Below, piece after piece: positions 13,938 to 26,700 of a stretch of DNA of 64,000 nt (positions within the stretch are counted from its first letter, which is position 1; every line of letters begins with the position of its first letter). A program made the position numbers and the translations under genes. Below the pieces are notes generated by a model. That model did not search any database. It was not told where the DNA came from and saw only the letters and a list, made by a program, of their open reading frames with translations. The stretch comes from Patellaria atrata CBS 101060 (taxonomy: Eukaryota), in assembly GCA_010093705.1 (NCBI GenBank), contig MU006089.1, positions 1,056,455 through 1,120,454 on the forward strand, read 5' to 3'.

Positions 13938-14316
13938 ATGGGTCACCCAAGTTACCCAGTCCTAAATCCCCAAGCTGCGAAAGCTGCTCAGGCCCCTGAG
14001 GAAGCTGATACGGCGAAGAAGGTTAGCATACTATCTCATCTCATCCCATCCCATAAACCCCTGTCCCTGCGTTTATCTAAAATATGGAAGCTGACGGGTT
14101 TGATTTCTTTGTAGCCTGCCGCCCAGTTCGCCAACCTTATGGAAGCTAAGAGAGATCCCGGCAGAGAGGATCTGACGGAGAGGAGGAGAAGTTTCGCGGA
14201 GCAGGGGACGCCGAAGGGAGGGCTTGGGGGGTGGTGGAATGGGTGAGTTTATTTTCTCTTGTGGAATATGATGGGGTTGTGCTGATTGTGTTAGGTTGAT
14301 GAAGGGGACGAAGTGA
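13938..14316 (+). CDS. Small 77-aa protein, three exons (13938-14021, 14115-14242, 14295-14316), function unknown
   Basis: ACAATG start; introns GTTAGC..GCTGAC..TAG and GTGAGT..GCTGAT..TAG keep frame. Product MGHPSYPVLNPQAAKAAQAPEEADTAKKPAAQFANLMEAKRDPGREDLTERRRSFAEQGTPKGGLGGWWNGLMKGTK. Absent from the ORF track. Confidence 0.75.
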
Positions 14317-15055
14317 TTTAGATGAAAATTGAGATTGATATGGGAGAAGAGGAGCATAAGTGACGGATGGAAGCTACGGAGGAAAGAATATCACAAGAGC
14401 ATGCCAGGCAGTGTGGCCTTCTGTATAGTTCTAAAGGGGTAGTGGAGGGTTTTGTACGATTATATCTGAGGGATTGAGGGATAGGAGTTGGTGTGTCTGC
14501 ACAAACTTGAGACTAAATGAAAATCGTGTATACGTCTTTACATCTCTTGATATCCTTGAACATTCCTAACTGTTATTCCCATGTAGAAACATCTTCTACT
14601 GTATAACTCATCTGATGGAGGAGTATTTTCGTATGACACGTCCTGACCCCTTAATACGGTTTATTGAGTCATATGAGTCGACTGAAGTTATTGTTCTGCC
14701 CTTGGAGTTACCAGTCGCGCCTCGTTTGTTTCATGTATACTTCAGATCTGGCAAAAGACGCGTCGTCGTGAAGACTATAGTAGAGTTCTAGCCAGAGCGG
14801 AAGGGGTGCCAAGTTCGAGATGGTCCCGGCGGTGTGCAAGGGCCGCAGGAGCCGCATATCCCCCACGTTCAAGGTCTAAACATTTTTATCAACGACAGTT
14901 CCTGTACAGTACATAAGACGTAAACAACGTCTTCTCTCCCCATTGTTCTCTTTGACCCATTCAAGCTCCTCTTTATAGCTCAATTGATTGAATCCTGTTC
15001 TTCGCTACGTTTTACTCTATATTTCAGACCTTGCAACAGAGCCAAAACCGCAATT

Positions 15056-16068
15056 ATGGCGCAAGCAGCCTCCATCTACCCACCCCTCCGGGACCGCCCT
15101 ATCAAGAACACAGTTCTACTCTTCGATGTAGACGACACTCTCACTCGACCCAGAAGGGTACGCACACTAGCCAACCCTCAACCTCTCCTAGAAACCCATA
15201 ATCCTCCCATGATATCCCACTTTCTACACACTTAGCTGACAATGGCTTTCCCAGAGTGTAACTCCCGAAATGCTCCAACTCCTCTCCGAGCTCCGCCACA
15301 AAGTCGCCATCGGCTTCGTCGGCGGCTCAAACCTCGTCAAGCAGCAGGAACAGCTCGGCACCCCAGCCATCGACGTCACAACCCTCTTCGACTTCTCCTT
15401 CGCCGAGAACGGGCTCACCGCATACCGCCTCGGGGCGCCTCTCGCCTCTCAGTCCTTCATCGGCTGGCTTGGCGAGGATAAGTACAAGGAGCTCGTCAGG
15501 TTCATCCTGAGATACATCGCGGACCTCGAGTTGCCGGTCATGAGGGGCACGTTTGTGGAGTTCAGGAACGGCATGATCAACGTGAGCCCCGTTGGGAGGA
15601 ACGCGAGCGTGCAGGAACGAAATGATTACGAGAAGTTTGATAAGGAGAATGGTGTTAGGGTAAAGTTTATCGAAGAGTTGAAGAGGAAGTTCCCGGATTT
15701 AGGGCTTACGTGAGTATACCCTTTCTTAAGCCACTCCTCACTCCCCCTTTCAATAGCTCTCGCACGTAAAGAGAAATATGAGTGGGTTAGTGTTGTGCTA
15801 ACGCCTACCTCTTAGATACTCCATCGGCGGCCAAATATCTTTCGACGTCTTCCCCACAGGCTGGGATAAAACATATTGCCTCCAGCACATCGAGAACGAT
15901 AAGAACTTACCGGACGGTGTCGATTATACCACCATCCACTTCTTCGGCGACAAGACTTTCAAAGGTGGCAACGATTTCGAGATCTTCGACGACCCGAGAA
16001 CCGTGGGGCACACCGTTAAGAACCCTGATGATACTTATAAGCAGCTTAAGGAGCTGTTTTTTAAATAA
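15056..16068 (+). CDS. SEC53: Phosphomannomutase (HAD family). Exons ~15056-15157, 15255-15709, 15816-16068
   Basis: Motifs [65 protein letters not shown] and [16 protein letters not shown]. Confidence 0.96.
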
Positions 16069-16672
16069 TCAACAGCAGGCTTTGAGGGCTTGAGGTTGGT
16101 AATGGGATATGAGCATGTTGAGATGGTGAGTTGCTGGGAAAGCATGGGTTATGTTGGAATGATGGGAAGTTATGTTACGTAGGATAGGAAAAATTAATAT
16201 CACTGCATGAACGTTTGATGAACAGTGTTTTCGACCACGACGCCCACTTTTCACACATCTTGTCGAGTTGAAAGAGTCTCAGCGTACCCACTCTCATGAA
16301 ATGGTAGGGAGCACTGAGCCGTACGAACTAAACGGTGGGTGGGCGCTATATCTGACTTGTAACTTTTATACCGTGACTGTACTCTAACTGAACCGTATAT
16401 TCTGGCCGAACCCCCCTTTGCTACATGACTGAACTGTGCTCTATACGACTGAACCGTACCCTCCCAACTCAACTGTCCATTTTCAACTCAACCCTCCACT
16501 CCAACCAAACCACGCCTTTGCCCCATATCCCCAAACAAATAAATAAACCCATATCATATGAAACGTCAGAGCCGTACCAACACTCCGACTGCATCATGCA
16601 GACTGATTAGACCGTGCGAGATGGAACGGGGCCGTGTACGAAATGGCTGGGTTGTACGGTACGGTACCGGGG

Positions 16673-16733
16673 TGACTGGACTGTGGGATGACTGGACTGC
16701 GGGATGACTGGACTGTGGGATGAGTAGACTGTG
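16673..16733. repeat. 16-bp minisatellite, ~3.8 copies of TGACTGGACTG(T/C)GGGA
   Basis: Units at 16673-16688, 16689-16704, 16705-16720 and a degenerate partial at 16721-16733. Confidence 0.9.
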
Positions 16734-17731
16734 ACGGCAATGTGTAAACTCGGTAAGGGAATTGCGGCACGACTAAACCGTATAGTGCTACTGATACATT
16801 GGCCTGGCAAAGGAAGGTTGGGCAGAGGAGCGGGGCGGGAGTATTTCCTTGTAGAATTATATCCCAACTTGACAATCCAGGGGATATAGCAAGAAGTGAC
16901 GAGCAGGAAAAAGGAGGACAACTGCAAGAAATGCTAACTCAATTCCAAAAGTCACGATTCAGCTTCACCGTTAGGTAATGTGAGAAAAGTGATATCTAGC
17001 GTATCGCTTTCATCATTGCTACAAGCCTGCAACGCACCTCCGCCGGAGTGCGTACTACAACTGCTCATAAAAGACTACTCTCCTCAATCTCCAATTGAAG
17101 GAAAACTAAGCAAGAGCTACCCCCTATTAGTTGCGCCAAAACACCCTGTACAGTGCAAAGGGAGTAAAATTCATCCACCGTTCATGAAATATAGTCGTGA
17201 TGATAAGGAAATGACTTGGAAAGGTATCCGGACGTACCAGAAAGTGAGAAGGAAAAGATAAGAAATTTTGCCCCCCCCCCTTCACGAAGAATAGAAAAGC
17301 CTCCTTTGAGTCCCTAATGACGGTTGTCCATTGTAACAGATATCATGCCTAAAAAGATGTGACTGGAAAGAGATCGGGGGGAAGAGGGGAGAGATAAAAA
17401 TAAAGCATCGGATCCCTAGAAAGCGTAATTAGAATGAAGAAAAGAAAAACAGTAAGAATCGAAGTCTATGCTGTCCAATCTAAACCCAGAATTCTATCTT
17501 CGCAACATAAACTACGCATCATTGAACCGTCGTGTTAGCCCCGTGATGAGCGTACTGCCCTCAACGCAAGCCAAGAAAAAGTTGAATCCAGCAAAGGGTA
17601 TCATCCATCGCATGCCCTTCAATCCATTCCCTTTGAACCGTTCTAGCCTTGCCATATCCCTATCTTCATACCTATGAGTGGGCTAAGGCGGCATCAATAT
17701 TACAACGTTTGATTCGTCTAGCGAACCATAT

Positions 17732-19290
17732 TTAGGCAGAAATCCCAGGGCTGCCTCGGTGATAAGATCCGTTGGACCTATATTGTGCATGTTGTGCAAC
17801 AACTTCTCTGGCGTAGAACTCCACCAGCATAGTTCCGTATGCTTCCATCTCATCGAGTGGTACGGAGAGTCTGAAGTCATTGAGAAGCAGAAACTGGAGC
17901 TCTAAGTGGTTGAGCTCAGTGAGGGGAAGACCACCAACCTATAAGTAATGAATTTTAGCTTTTGCGTATCCGAAAAAGGGGTAAGAAATTCGAGAATTCG
18001 TGTACGAACCTTGGCGTATCTTGAATTAGTGTAGAAAATGTCTGAAAAGAATTTGCTCGCACATGTGACGCCTGCAATGACTAATCGATGAATGTTGAAG
18101 CTATCTACGACAAAGAACTGTGAGAGATTATAAGGATCCGATTCGAGTGGTGGCTCGATCGAATGTGGGGGTGATGGTGGCCTTCCTTTGTCCTCCGTAA
18201 CTCTTGGCTCAGCGGGTTTACCTAACGACCCAGAAGGCGGAGGAGTGCCTATTTGTGTCTTTTCAGATGCTGCATGGCGCTCTTGTTCACCTACTGATGC
18301 TGTAGAAATGGAACTGTGCCTGCTTTCACGATCGTGCGCGTTTCCTGAATCTGCCGCTTCAGTGGCTCGACGCAAACTTTGCAATGGACCAGAGTTGACT
18401 CTCTCGGTCATTCTGTCAAAATATACTAGTAGCGCAAGGAAAACCTCGTACGTAGTAGGGCAGTATTTATGAATACGGCTCAAATAACTAAGAATCGAGA
18501 TAGTGGGGACATTCTTGCCATGGAAAGCTAAAACGCTTGTCGTTTGCTGACTTAAACCGGATGTGCCTTCCGGGGGTGGAATTTGACGATGAATATGTTC
18601 ATGTTGTCTATCATTTGTGGTTGTAATTTTAGTTAACAAACCCGCTACCATTTCGATGATGTCGGTTACCGGCATCTCGCTTATTTCATATTGCGGCCCA
18701 ATGTCGCTCGGATCTCCTCGGGCCCGTCTAGCGGCGGCTTGAGCTTGTGAAAACGGGCTAGACTCATCTACGGCAAAGCTTTGGATATGTGCCAAACTCT
18801 TAACTTTGATCCGAGGCGGAGATGTAGTAGCTGAGTTGATGGGTGATTGTGGACCGTGTGATGACGGTGGATATGTTGATGTATTGTACGGAGTTCCAGG
18901 TTGTGCAGAAGAATTAGGAGTGTGCGCCTGAGAATGAGGTTTGAACCTGGGGGATGGCGGGGGACGTCTAGAATGAGCTGAGGGGCTAGGATCGTGAGGT
19001 GTCAGGTTTGTCGGCTGCAAAGAAGAGTTCTGCTGTTGTTGCGACGCTGCACCAAATCCTGCACTGGCGGCATGCGTAGAGGTGTGTGATACAGCATCCG
19101 TCATTGGCGTGTCGTTCGAGTGTGGGACGCGGATATGTGGGTTCGTGGACTCGTACGTTCTTGACGAGGATGAACTGCCATGGTAGGATGCGGTGGGAGA
19201 CTCGTGTGGCTGTTGGTGCGCGTTTCCACCAAACATGGTGTGAGGGCGAGAGAAGTGGTTGACCACGTCGCTGATCACTAACGATCCCAT
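17732..19290 (-). CDS. Pho85-associated cyclin, Pcl6/Pcl7/Pho80 type. Exons 19290-18010 and 17938-17732
   Basis: Cyclin motifs LAFHGKNVPTISILSYLSRIHKYCP, FNIHRLVIAGVTCASKFFSDIFYTNSRYAK and, after splicing, VGGLPLTELNHLELQFLLLNDFRL. Confidence 0.92.
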
Positions 19291-21278
19291 GCCAAAAATT
19301 CCCTCGAGCGTCTAAATGAAACTTTCGGTAGAGTGCAAGTTAGTCTTGCTATTGAAATAAAATGTTCTTCTTCGATAAAGGCAGATATTGCAGGAGCTAG
19401 GGAGAGGGTTGTAGTATGTAACAACTATGTCATTCGAGGCTGTACTGGGGTGGAAATCAGATCGCGACAGAGTAAGGAAGGGTGATGGACGATTAGCGGG
19501 CGCGGATGAGATGGAATATGCAATAGAAAGAGCAAAGGAACTGTATAGATGGCGGTAGCAGCCAAGCAACAGATGTGAAGTGAGGCAAGGGCTTTTGCGT
19601 ATTTGGTGTATTGTTTGAGGGTAGGGCAGTAGATGAACGGCGGTCGAAGATAAGGGATTCAAGACTTACTTCAGCAGCAAACAAGCGCAAATTGTCCAGA
19701 GAGGATGCACACGCTTTAAGAAAACCGTAACCAAAGTGAATTGGACGGTGGAAAAGAGTGTTGCAGAGCGTTATGAAGCTCTTCAATGCAGGTATAAGGG
19801 GTGAAAGAGGAGGGTGCAGGTGGGTGGATTGAGAGGTTGAAAAGGTGATGTCGTAGGCGGGCTGTGACTTTGGGCGTGGGGATGGTGAACCTAATAACCA
19901 GCAGTACTCCGTACACCAATCTCTGCTTTGGGATTCTTTTTGATTTTCACTTGTGTTTCTTGTACCTTTTTGTGTGTGGGCCTTACACGGCGGCTTGAAC
20001 GGCTTGAACGGCTTTGAACGGCCTGCTGTGTTTCGACTTTCGACGTCCTTCAGTCTCTCTCCCCCCAGACAGTGAAGAATCCAAAGAGGTGCAGTCTGCA
20101 GTACTCGAAAGGGTGACGCAGAACGCCACACGATTGACCCGGTCTAGGGTTACGGCTCTCCTTAGGTATCCTCTTGCTCTCCTCTCCTTTACTTTGCTCC
20201 GTTTCTTGTTTTATTTTTGAACGCTTGACCACGATCGATACTAACTGCTGCACCAGGTAATCATACAGCCGCGCACGTAGCAAGAGTTGAAGTTGGGAGA
20301 ACAAGAGAGATTCAAGGGACAAGAATAAATACAAGGGAAGCATATAATAGAAAAAGGCCCCAAACTCCAAAGGCTGATCGTCCCGCATCAACTTTTAGTC
20401 AATGTCTGTCTAGATGATAACGGATGAGACCACACTGCCACATCCCGGTCATTGAGCGACGCGAATATATTAGGGAAATATACAAAGGCAATGAATTCAT
20501 CCCAACGGTCTACTACTTATCCAACTTTATTATTAGCTCTCATGATAAAATATATTCTCCCTCCATGAACCCTGGAGCTGAACCTATCTCTTTGCTGGAA
20601 ACAGTCTCCGTGGCTTCTACTATCCCAAATGTTCAACTTATTGGCTTCCTCTTAACACCCATTTCCCAACAACCATATTGCCAACTATTTTGCGTACTCA
20701 ATACTGTATGATGCAGAATGCGTGCGGCAACGCTAGAAGTCGATTTGCTCCTTTTCTTTCTTTGGTTTAAATGGGATGTTCACCGCATCCTCAAGGCCAA
20801 AGAAGCAAGGAAGACATTTTGCTTGAAAGTGCTTCACATGCAATTCTAATTCGTAGACGAGGGTCAGTCAAAGAGCGATTAATGCACGCCCAGCCTGGGA
20901 TTGGAGAAGGCTTAAGCCCTTCCAAGCAAGGACCAACTCCCATCCCACAGTTAGTGACAGAACGCACCAACGATCAACTTGGATTCTGACAGGTACGACA
21001 GGGCTCTTTGGAAGATCTCGGCTGAAAGACCGAAAGTACAAAAGTACATTGTCCGGACGAACATCAGCACCGCATCATCACCCGCCCGGTCAAACCGTCA
21101 TATCAGGAACTGATATACCCGCCACCTAAAATACTAATAGGAAAGCTCCAATCTTGCGGATATCTGGTCTGGATTTTACTGTACTTCTATTTCTACAGCG
21201 CTCTGCCCGACGATATGCGGGGCTATAGGAGCCTACATCTGAACGCCAACCACAACAATGCCAAATTTTTCGACAAGT

Positions 21279-22232
21279 CTACGCTTGGTACGTACCAGGA
21301 CCAGTATACCCGTTGTCTGGGAGATATAAGTGCCTTATTGCACCTTTTGCTGTGAGGACGACCATCCTAATGACACCTCCGGAGCTTCCATCCCACTTGA
21401 TCGCCTCCTGCAGGGCCCCCTTCACGAAGTTGATCCCTTCCTGCTCTGTCATACCTTCTCTCCAGTTCGCGTCGCAGTAACCGTAGATATACGTCGATCC
21501 TGATCCTCCGATTGCGTATGGTTGCTTATGTAATGATCCTCCAAGAGGAATGGAATAGACTTGTCCACCATGGCGATGGTCATAACCTGCAATGATTATA
21601 CCTGCACTATTATGTCTCAGCGTGGTTCTTAGAAAATATGGGCAAGTTCTAGTAAATACCTAAGCTGGTCTTTGTTGTCATAGCAGAGATCTTGAAAGAT
21701 TGCCGCCGCTGTTTGTGTGGTTGGAGGTTCATCATTTGTAATTCCGTACATGCCTAAGTAGTAGTGTACTATGTCTGCTACCGCTTGTGTATCTGCTGCT
21801 GAACCTGACCGACAACACCATATTGTGTCGTGTACTTGGGTGAGCTTGTCCGTGACTCGATTTGCGATGTATGCGCCTGTTGTTGTCCGACTGTCTGCTC
21901 CCAGTATTACTCCATCTTTGAAGTTTATAGCCATGCTAACCGTTTGTTAGAACCTTAAATTCCTACGGGAATATCGTCCGGTCATATTGAGAGATGTCTT
22001 GCGGTGCTGAACGGGATCTCATATCAAACTAACTTACATCGACGTTCCGAGGCTGTGGTAGCTGTTAGCATTGTAAAAGTTGGTAAACAACCAGAGCGCT
22101 TACTTGACCTCCCCTTTCTTCAAATGATCCATATCGACATGGATGCCATCTATCAATCCGTCAGTATAAAAGTCGTCAGTGCAAGTAAACAGATCCCAAA
22201 CCTTCCCCCAGCATTCCCGTCGTTGGCTGCAT
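21279..22232 (-). CDS. PRE3: 20S proteasome subunit beta1. Exons ~22232-22202, 22149-22104, 22052-22038, 21935-21660, 21606-21279
   Basis: Spliced propeptide ...[18 protein letters not shown] followed by [23 protein letters not shown]; also [22 protein letters not shown] and [11 protein letters not shown]. The first exon, with its GTTTGG donor, is less certain. Confidence 0.93.
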
Positions 22233-22717
22233 GGCTAATCTTCTCAAACGAGGGGACGTTTTATCGAGCAATATCTGCGTATGAGGATCAAGGGCAGATT
22301 TGAACTAGATTTAGGGGTGAAAACAAGTAACCTGAGCCCAATGTTATCAAAATCGTACTTCAAGGCAGGCAAACGTGAGCTGCGTGTTGCTTCAAGCTCG
22401 CATCGGCATAGCTTCGGGGAAGCTGTCTGATGGCCCAAGCTTCAATAAATCTCCAACGTTATTCGGCTACACCGCCAACTGACGAGCATTATTACGAAGC
22501 TCAACCTTTAACAAGACGTCCGATATATATTTCTGTACAATACATAGCCTAGACTTTCTCTTCACCTGTCCCCGCATTTCTTTCATGTTCCTCCTTGCGT
22601 AACCTCTTCCGATATTGTTTTACTTGTGTTAGGGTTTCCTACCAAGTTGGTTTCACGTTCTCCAGCACTAGCTCTCTTTCGCTCCCAGCTACACAAGCTA
22701 TATATCTACTTCATATC

Positions 22718-23765
22718 ATGGCCTCTGTCGTATCCAATGTTTTCTCCTATTTCAGATTACCGTTTATGGCTTCTTCAGCCGTAGCAGCCGTGCTCAGCGG
22801 CCTGCTGTATTTCAAACAAAAGTATGTGGCTTGGACCATCAGTCGATGCTGAGTTTTAACTACTAATAGTGAGATAATCTACCCCCGCAATATCCCACCT
22901 GGAGCGCGAACAGACGTACCTAGACCGCCGCAGTTTGACATTATGGACTTTGAGGAACTCATGATTCCAACGCCGGATGGGGAGTCCTTGAGCGCCTTTT
23001 TCATACGACCATCGAATAAACAGTATGCCAGAGACATTACAATATTGATGTTTCATGGCAATGCAGGAAATATTGGTTATCGTCTACCGATAGCTAAGAT
23101 TCTCGAAAGTGAACTAGGTTATAACGTGCTCATGCTCCAGTATCGAGGATATGGATTGTCTACAGGAACACCCAATGAGAATGGCCTGAAAATTGATGCT
23201 CAAGTAGGCTTGGACTATATAAGGAAGCGAGCAGAGCTTCACAAGACCAAGATTGTCATTTATGGCCAAAGCTTAGGTGGTGCCGTGGGTATTGGCCTGG
23301 CAGCGAAAAATCAAAAGGACGGTGATATCGCTGCTATCATTCTGGAGAACACCTTCTTGAGCATTAAGAAGATGATTCCGGCAGCGTTTCCTCCGGCTCG
23401 ATATCTCGCACCACTATGTCATCAAATTTGGCCAAGTGAGCAAATAATTCCCCAGATTGATCAGATCCCTATCCTGTTTCTCAGTGGCCAAAAAGACGAA
23501 ATCGTACCGTACGTCTTCTTATCTCATTATAGTTCATATCTTCACAAGTTCTTGGCATATACGACATATGGAACTGTATATTAATATAAAAGCTAACATC
23601 TCCTTCAGCCCTGATCATATGAGGAAGTTATACAGCATCTGTCGAGCACCGGTGAAAATCTGGAAAGACTTCCCAGAAGGCACACACAATGATACAGTCG
23701 CCGAACCCGGCTACTTCTACGCGATCGACGATTTCCTCCGCAACCACGTGCTCCGCAAGAAGTAG
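22718..23765 (+). CDS. BEM46: BEM46/ABHD13-family alpha/beta hydrolase. Exons ~22718-22821, 22870-23508, 23609-23765
   Basis: N-terminal hydrophobic segment ending LYFKQ, then FHGNAGNIG, YRGYGLS, GQSLGG nucleophile, DEIVP and HNDT triad motifs. Divergent from PRE3. Confidence 0.92.
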
Positions 23766-26700
23766 ACACCATCCCCCGTACATTATATACAGTACCAGGA
23801 CCAAAACCATCTCTCAGCAAGCACAAACGAACGGTATCCCGGGCATTGCCGTCCGATCTTCCGGTTTTCCATCGAGACTCATCGAGACTCATCTACCTCA
23901 AACTCCGTTCTCGGACGCCTGCGGGGTTTGTACGATCGCGCTCGTACACTTCGTACAGTATGTGAGATTACCGCATTGCGGGAACCCCGCTCCATCCTCC
24001 CGTACCCGGTCCATAGACGTGCGTGCATCCGTCGGCACATCGTAAAACTGTGGCGTCAATGCACCATGCGCGTTTCACTCGAAACGGAAAGGCATGAATA
24101 CAAGGCTGATGACGTCATATAACTAAAGGCTTTTACTTTATGTCGGAATTTGGGTGTTGCTGTATTGTGTGGTTGACGGTGTTAAGGGGGTTTCAGGTAG
24201 GGGCGAATGCTTTGGATGAGTAACCTGGAGGGACCGGCGAGAGGATTTTGGAAGAGGCTACGTCGGAGTGGTTTTGGCAAGGAAATACAGATGCGATTGT
24301 TGTGAGGGTGTTGTTTTGGGTGCGTTAAGTGACTACCCTGTACTGAACATCATGTGTGTCGAAAAATATATCCAATCGTCATAATTTGGGTCGTACCGTC
24401 CATATCCCTCCTCCGGTTAATTGATTCTCGCAAATTGTATGATTGATCCCCTGGTTCTATGGGACGATGTTGTACGGCACCGTAAATTTGAAATGTGTAC
24501 AGCTGTAGTGTACAAATGAAGTGAACGTACGGACAGTCGAAGTGAGCTTCTATTGTAGACACGATATTCCCCACCTCGCGCTTCCACCCGTACTATATAC
24601 GAACCCCGTTAATGGATGGCCGGGTAGTAGAGTAGAGTACTGCAACCTGCAGTCAATGGATCTAATATGTAGTAAGTGGTAGGCAAGGTAGCACATGGTA
24701 CACACGATACATACGCACCATGGGGGACAGGATCGCAGTATGCGAGTACCGAGTATCGAAATATCCTACCTACCCTCGCTCTGGGACTGTACGGTATGGT
24801 TCCGTTAGAAAGTTGCCGAGGTGCGCATGTTGCAGTGCACCTTATGTGCTCGTTTCCCCGAGTATGGCTGTAACATGCGCATAGCTTATGTGGGGTGTGG
24901 GAGTCAGGTTGTCGGTTTTGCGGCCTGGCTGTCTGTGGTGGTATGTGGGGGGTGGGGAAGATACGGATGGAGGGGTGTGTGGTAGGGATCTAAGATTCTC
25001 GTGGGTTGAATTCACGGGTTTACGGGCTGGAAGTGAGCTATGGTGAAGAATATTGGATAGGAGGTGAGAGGGTGTGTTGTGTAATCCCTTGGTTGTATGG
25101 TATCCTGTCAGTGGATTATTTTCGGAAGGGCGGTTTCTAGCAAAGGAGAGTGGGATGTTCATGATTGTGTTTTTAGATATGAGAAGTTATACGTTCGTGT
25201 TACGTGCGAAAGCGTATTGAATAAGAGGGGAATAACTGGGCTTGGTTGTATTTGCGAAGATGTGGGAGGTCTTCGAGGTATCGAATTCAACTTCGCTTTG
25301 AGGGTTTTGAAATAGTCATTGGTGCGAGAGTGAGCCGATAGAAGATGAAAGAAGTCGTTCGATAGCTTGTTCCGAAGAGTGTTTATGAATCTTCAGAAGA
25401 TTTCGAAAGCATCTGGGAACGTCGGTGATATGTGTTATGGGGGTTCGAAGGTGTATACAGACGCTCGCAGTGCAACTGTTGGGACAATACAACACAAAAC
25501 CGAGGATAGATCCTTATGATTTAGCACGGGAAGAGAGCATAAATACCTATTGTAGTTGTCTAGTTGACAAGGTCCACTCCTCTGTATCTCTCCGTATCTC
25601 GTAACTGCTTTGGTTCAGGTCTCAGTTTTCCTCTCGTTCTAACTTTGGCTAATTCACCTCTCCTCGAGAGAATGTTCAATGCTTCTGAATTCCCCTCATC
25701 CAAACTTACTATTCGCCAATGGAAGGTACTTTGAAGCCAACTCAGGCACTAGAACCTATCATTGATAGATCTGCTTACCCCTTTATCTCCTAACTTGGGT
25801 ATGAGTGGCAGTTCTTTTTGATTCCAATTTTGTATTTATTATTTCGCCTTGCAACAAAACTATGTTCTCCACGGGACCTGTAGAAAATACGGCGTAGCTT
25901 TGACCGTCGACCAAGAGTTATATCTGAGGGACTCCTATGTTTGAAGTAGAGTTTGGCAACCTGTGGGCTTTACGGGTGTCATTTAGAAGAGCTTTCTATC
26001 ATCGGTTGATTGAGAGTGTGGTTTATATGTCCGTAGGGAGACGGGAAGGATGAGATTCAGAAATATCGGTTTATCGACGGTTGCGATGAGACTGTAAATG
26101 ATTTAGTTGTATGAGTGATTTCCAATCTATAAAGTTCAGGAAGTAACCTTCGAATTGAACATAAGAGATTGGGAAATGATGGATAAAACCGAATACACAC
26201 CTGTCACGACAAGTGACCAGTAACTAAGTTCATGCAGACGTTCGAGAGACCGGAACTCCGATTTCCTTGAATTGTCTACTCGGTCCTAGCTCGAGGATAT
26301 GCTAGATGACTGGAGATATCCCAATGGTACTACTGAAAACTGACACTCTCTTTCTTAGGGTAGTCCTGGGCTATTAGATTCTACTCTTAGAAATAGTCTA
26401 GGAATCCACTGTAGATATCAAACTTGAGAGTATAACTACTTTACCGTTTTACAAGAGATGGGTCATGCAGATCCTGAAGAGGTATTCATATTTTACACTC
26501 GAGGGTGCATATTGCGTGTATAGTAAAGCCACAGTGACTGAGAAGGGCCAAACATGCCAGAATATGACAATGAATTCCTAAGAATCCATAACTGCTAGAT
26601 GCCGCCAACCATCGCGTGGTTACGTGCAATAGGAAAAAAAGTCAGAATCTCCTCATAATTGGATGGAGTGCACAGTTCTATTCGGAAAATCAGGGAAAGC

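Noticed and set aside
15121..15144. PMM motif DVDDT in place of the usual DVDGT
   Set aside because: Both catalytic Asp residues are intact and the rest of the enzyme is canonical, so there is no evidence of inactivation.
16673..16733. Short direct repeats as a CRISPR array
   Set aside because: The units are contiguous with no spacers, and the context is eukaryotic.
19312..20391. Minus-strand ORFs of 113-212 aa upstream of the cyclin
   Set aside because: Near-cognate starts, no motifs and composition typical of a pyrimidine-rich 5' leader; a probable UTR intron lies at ~19669-19446.
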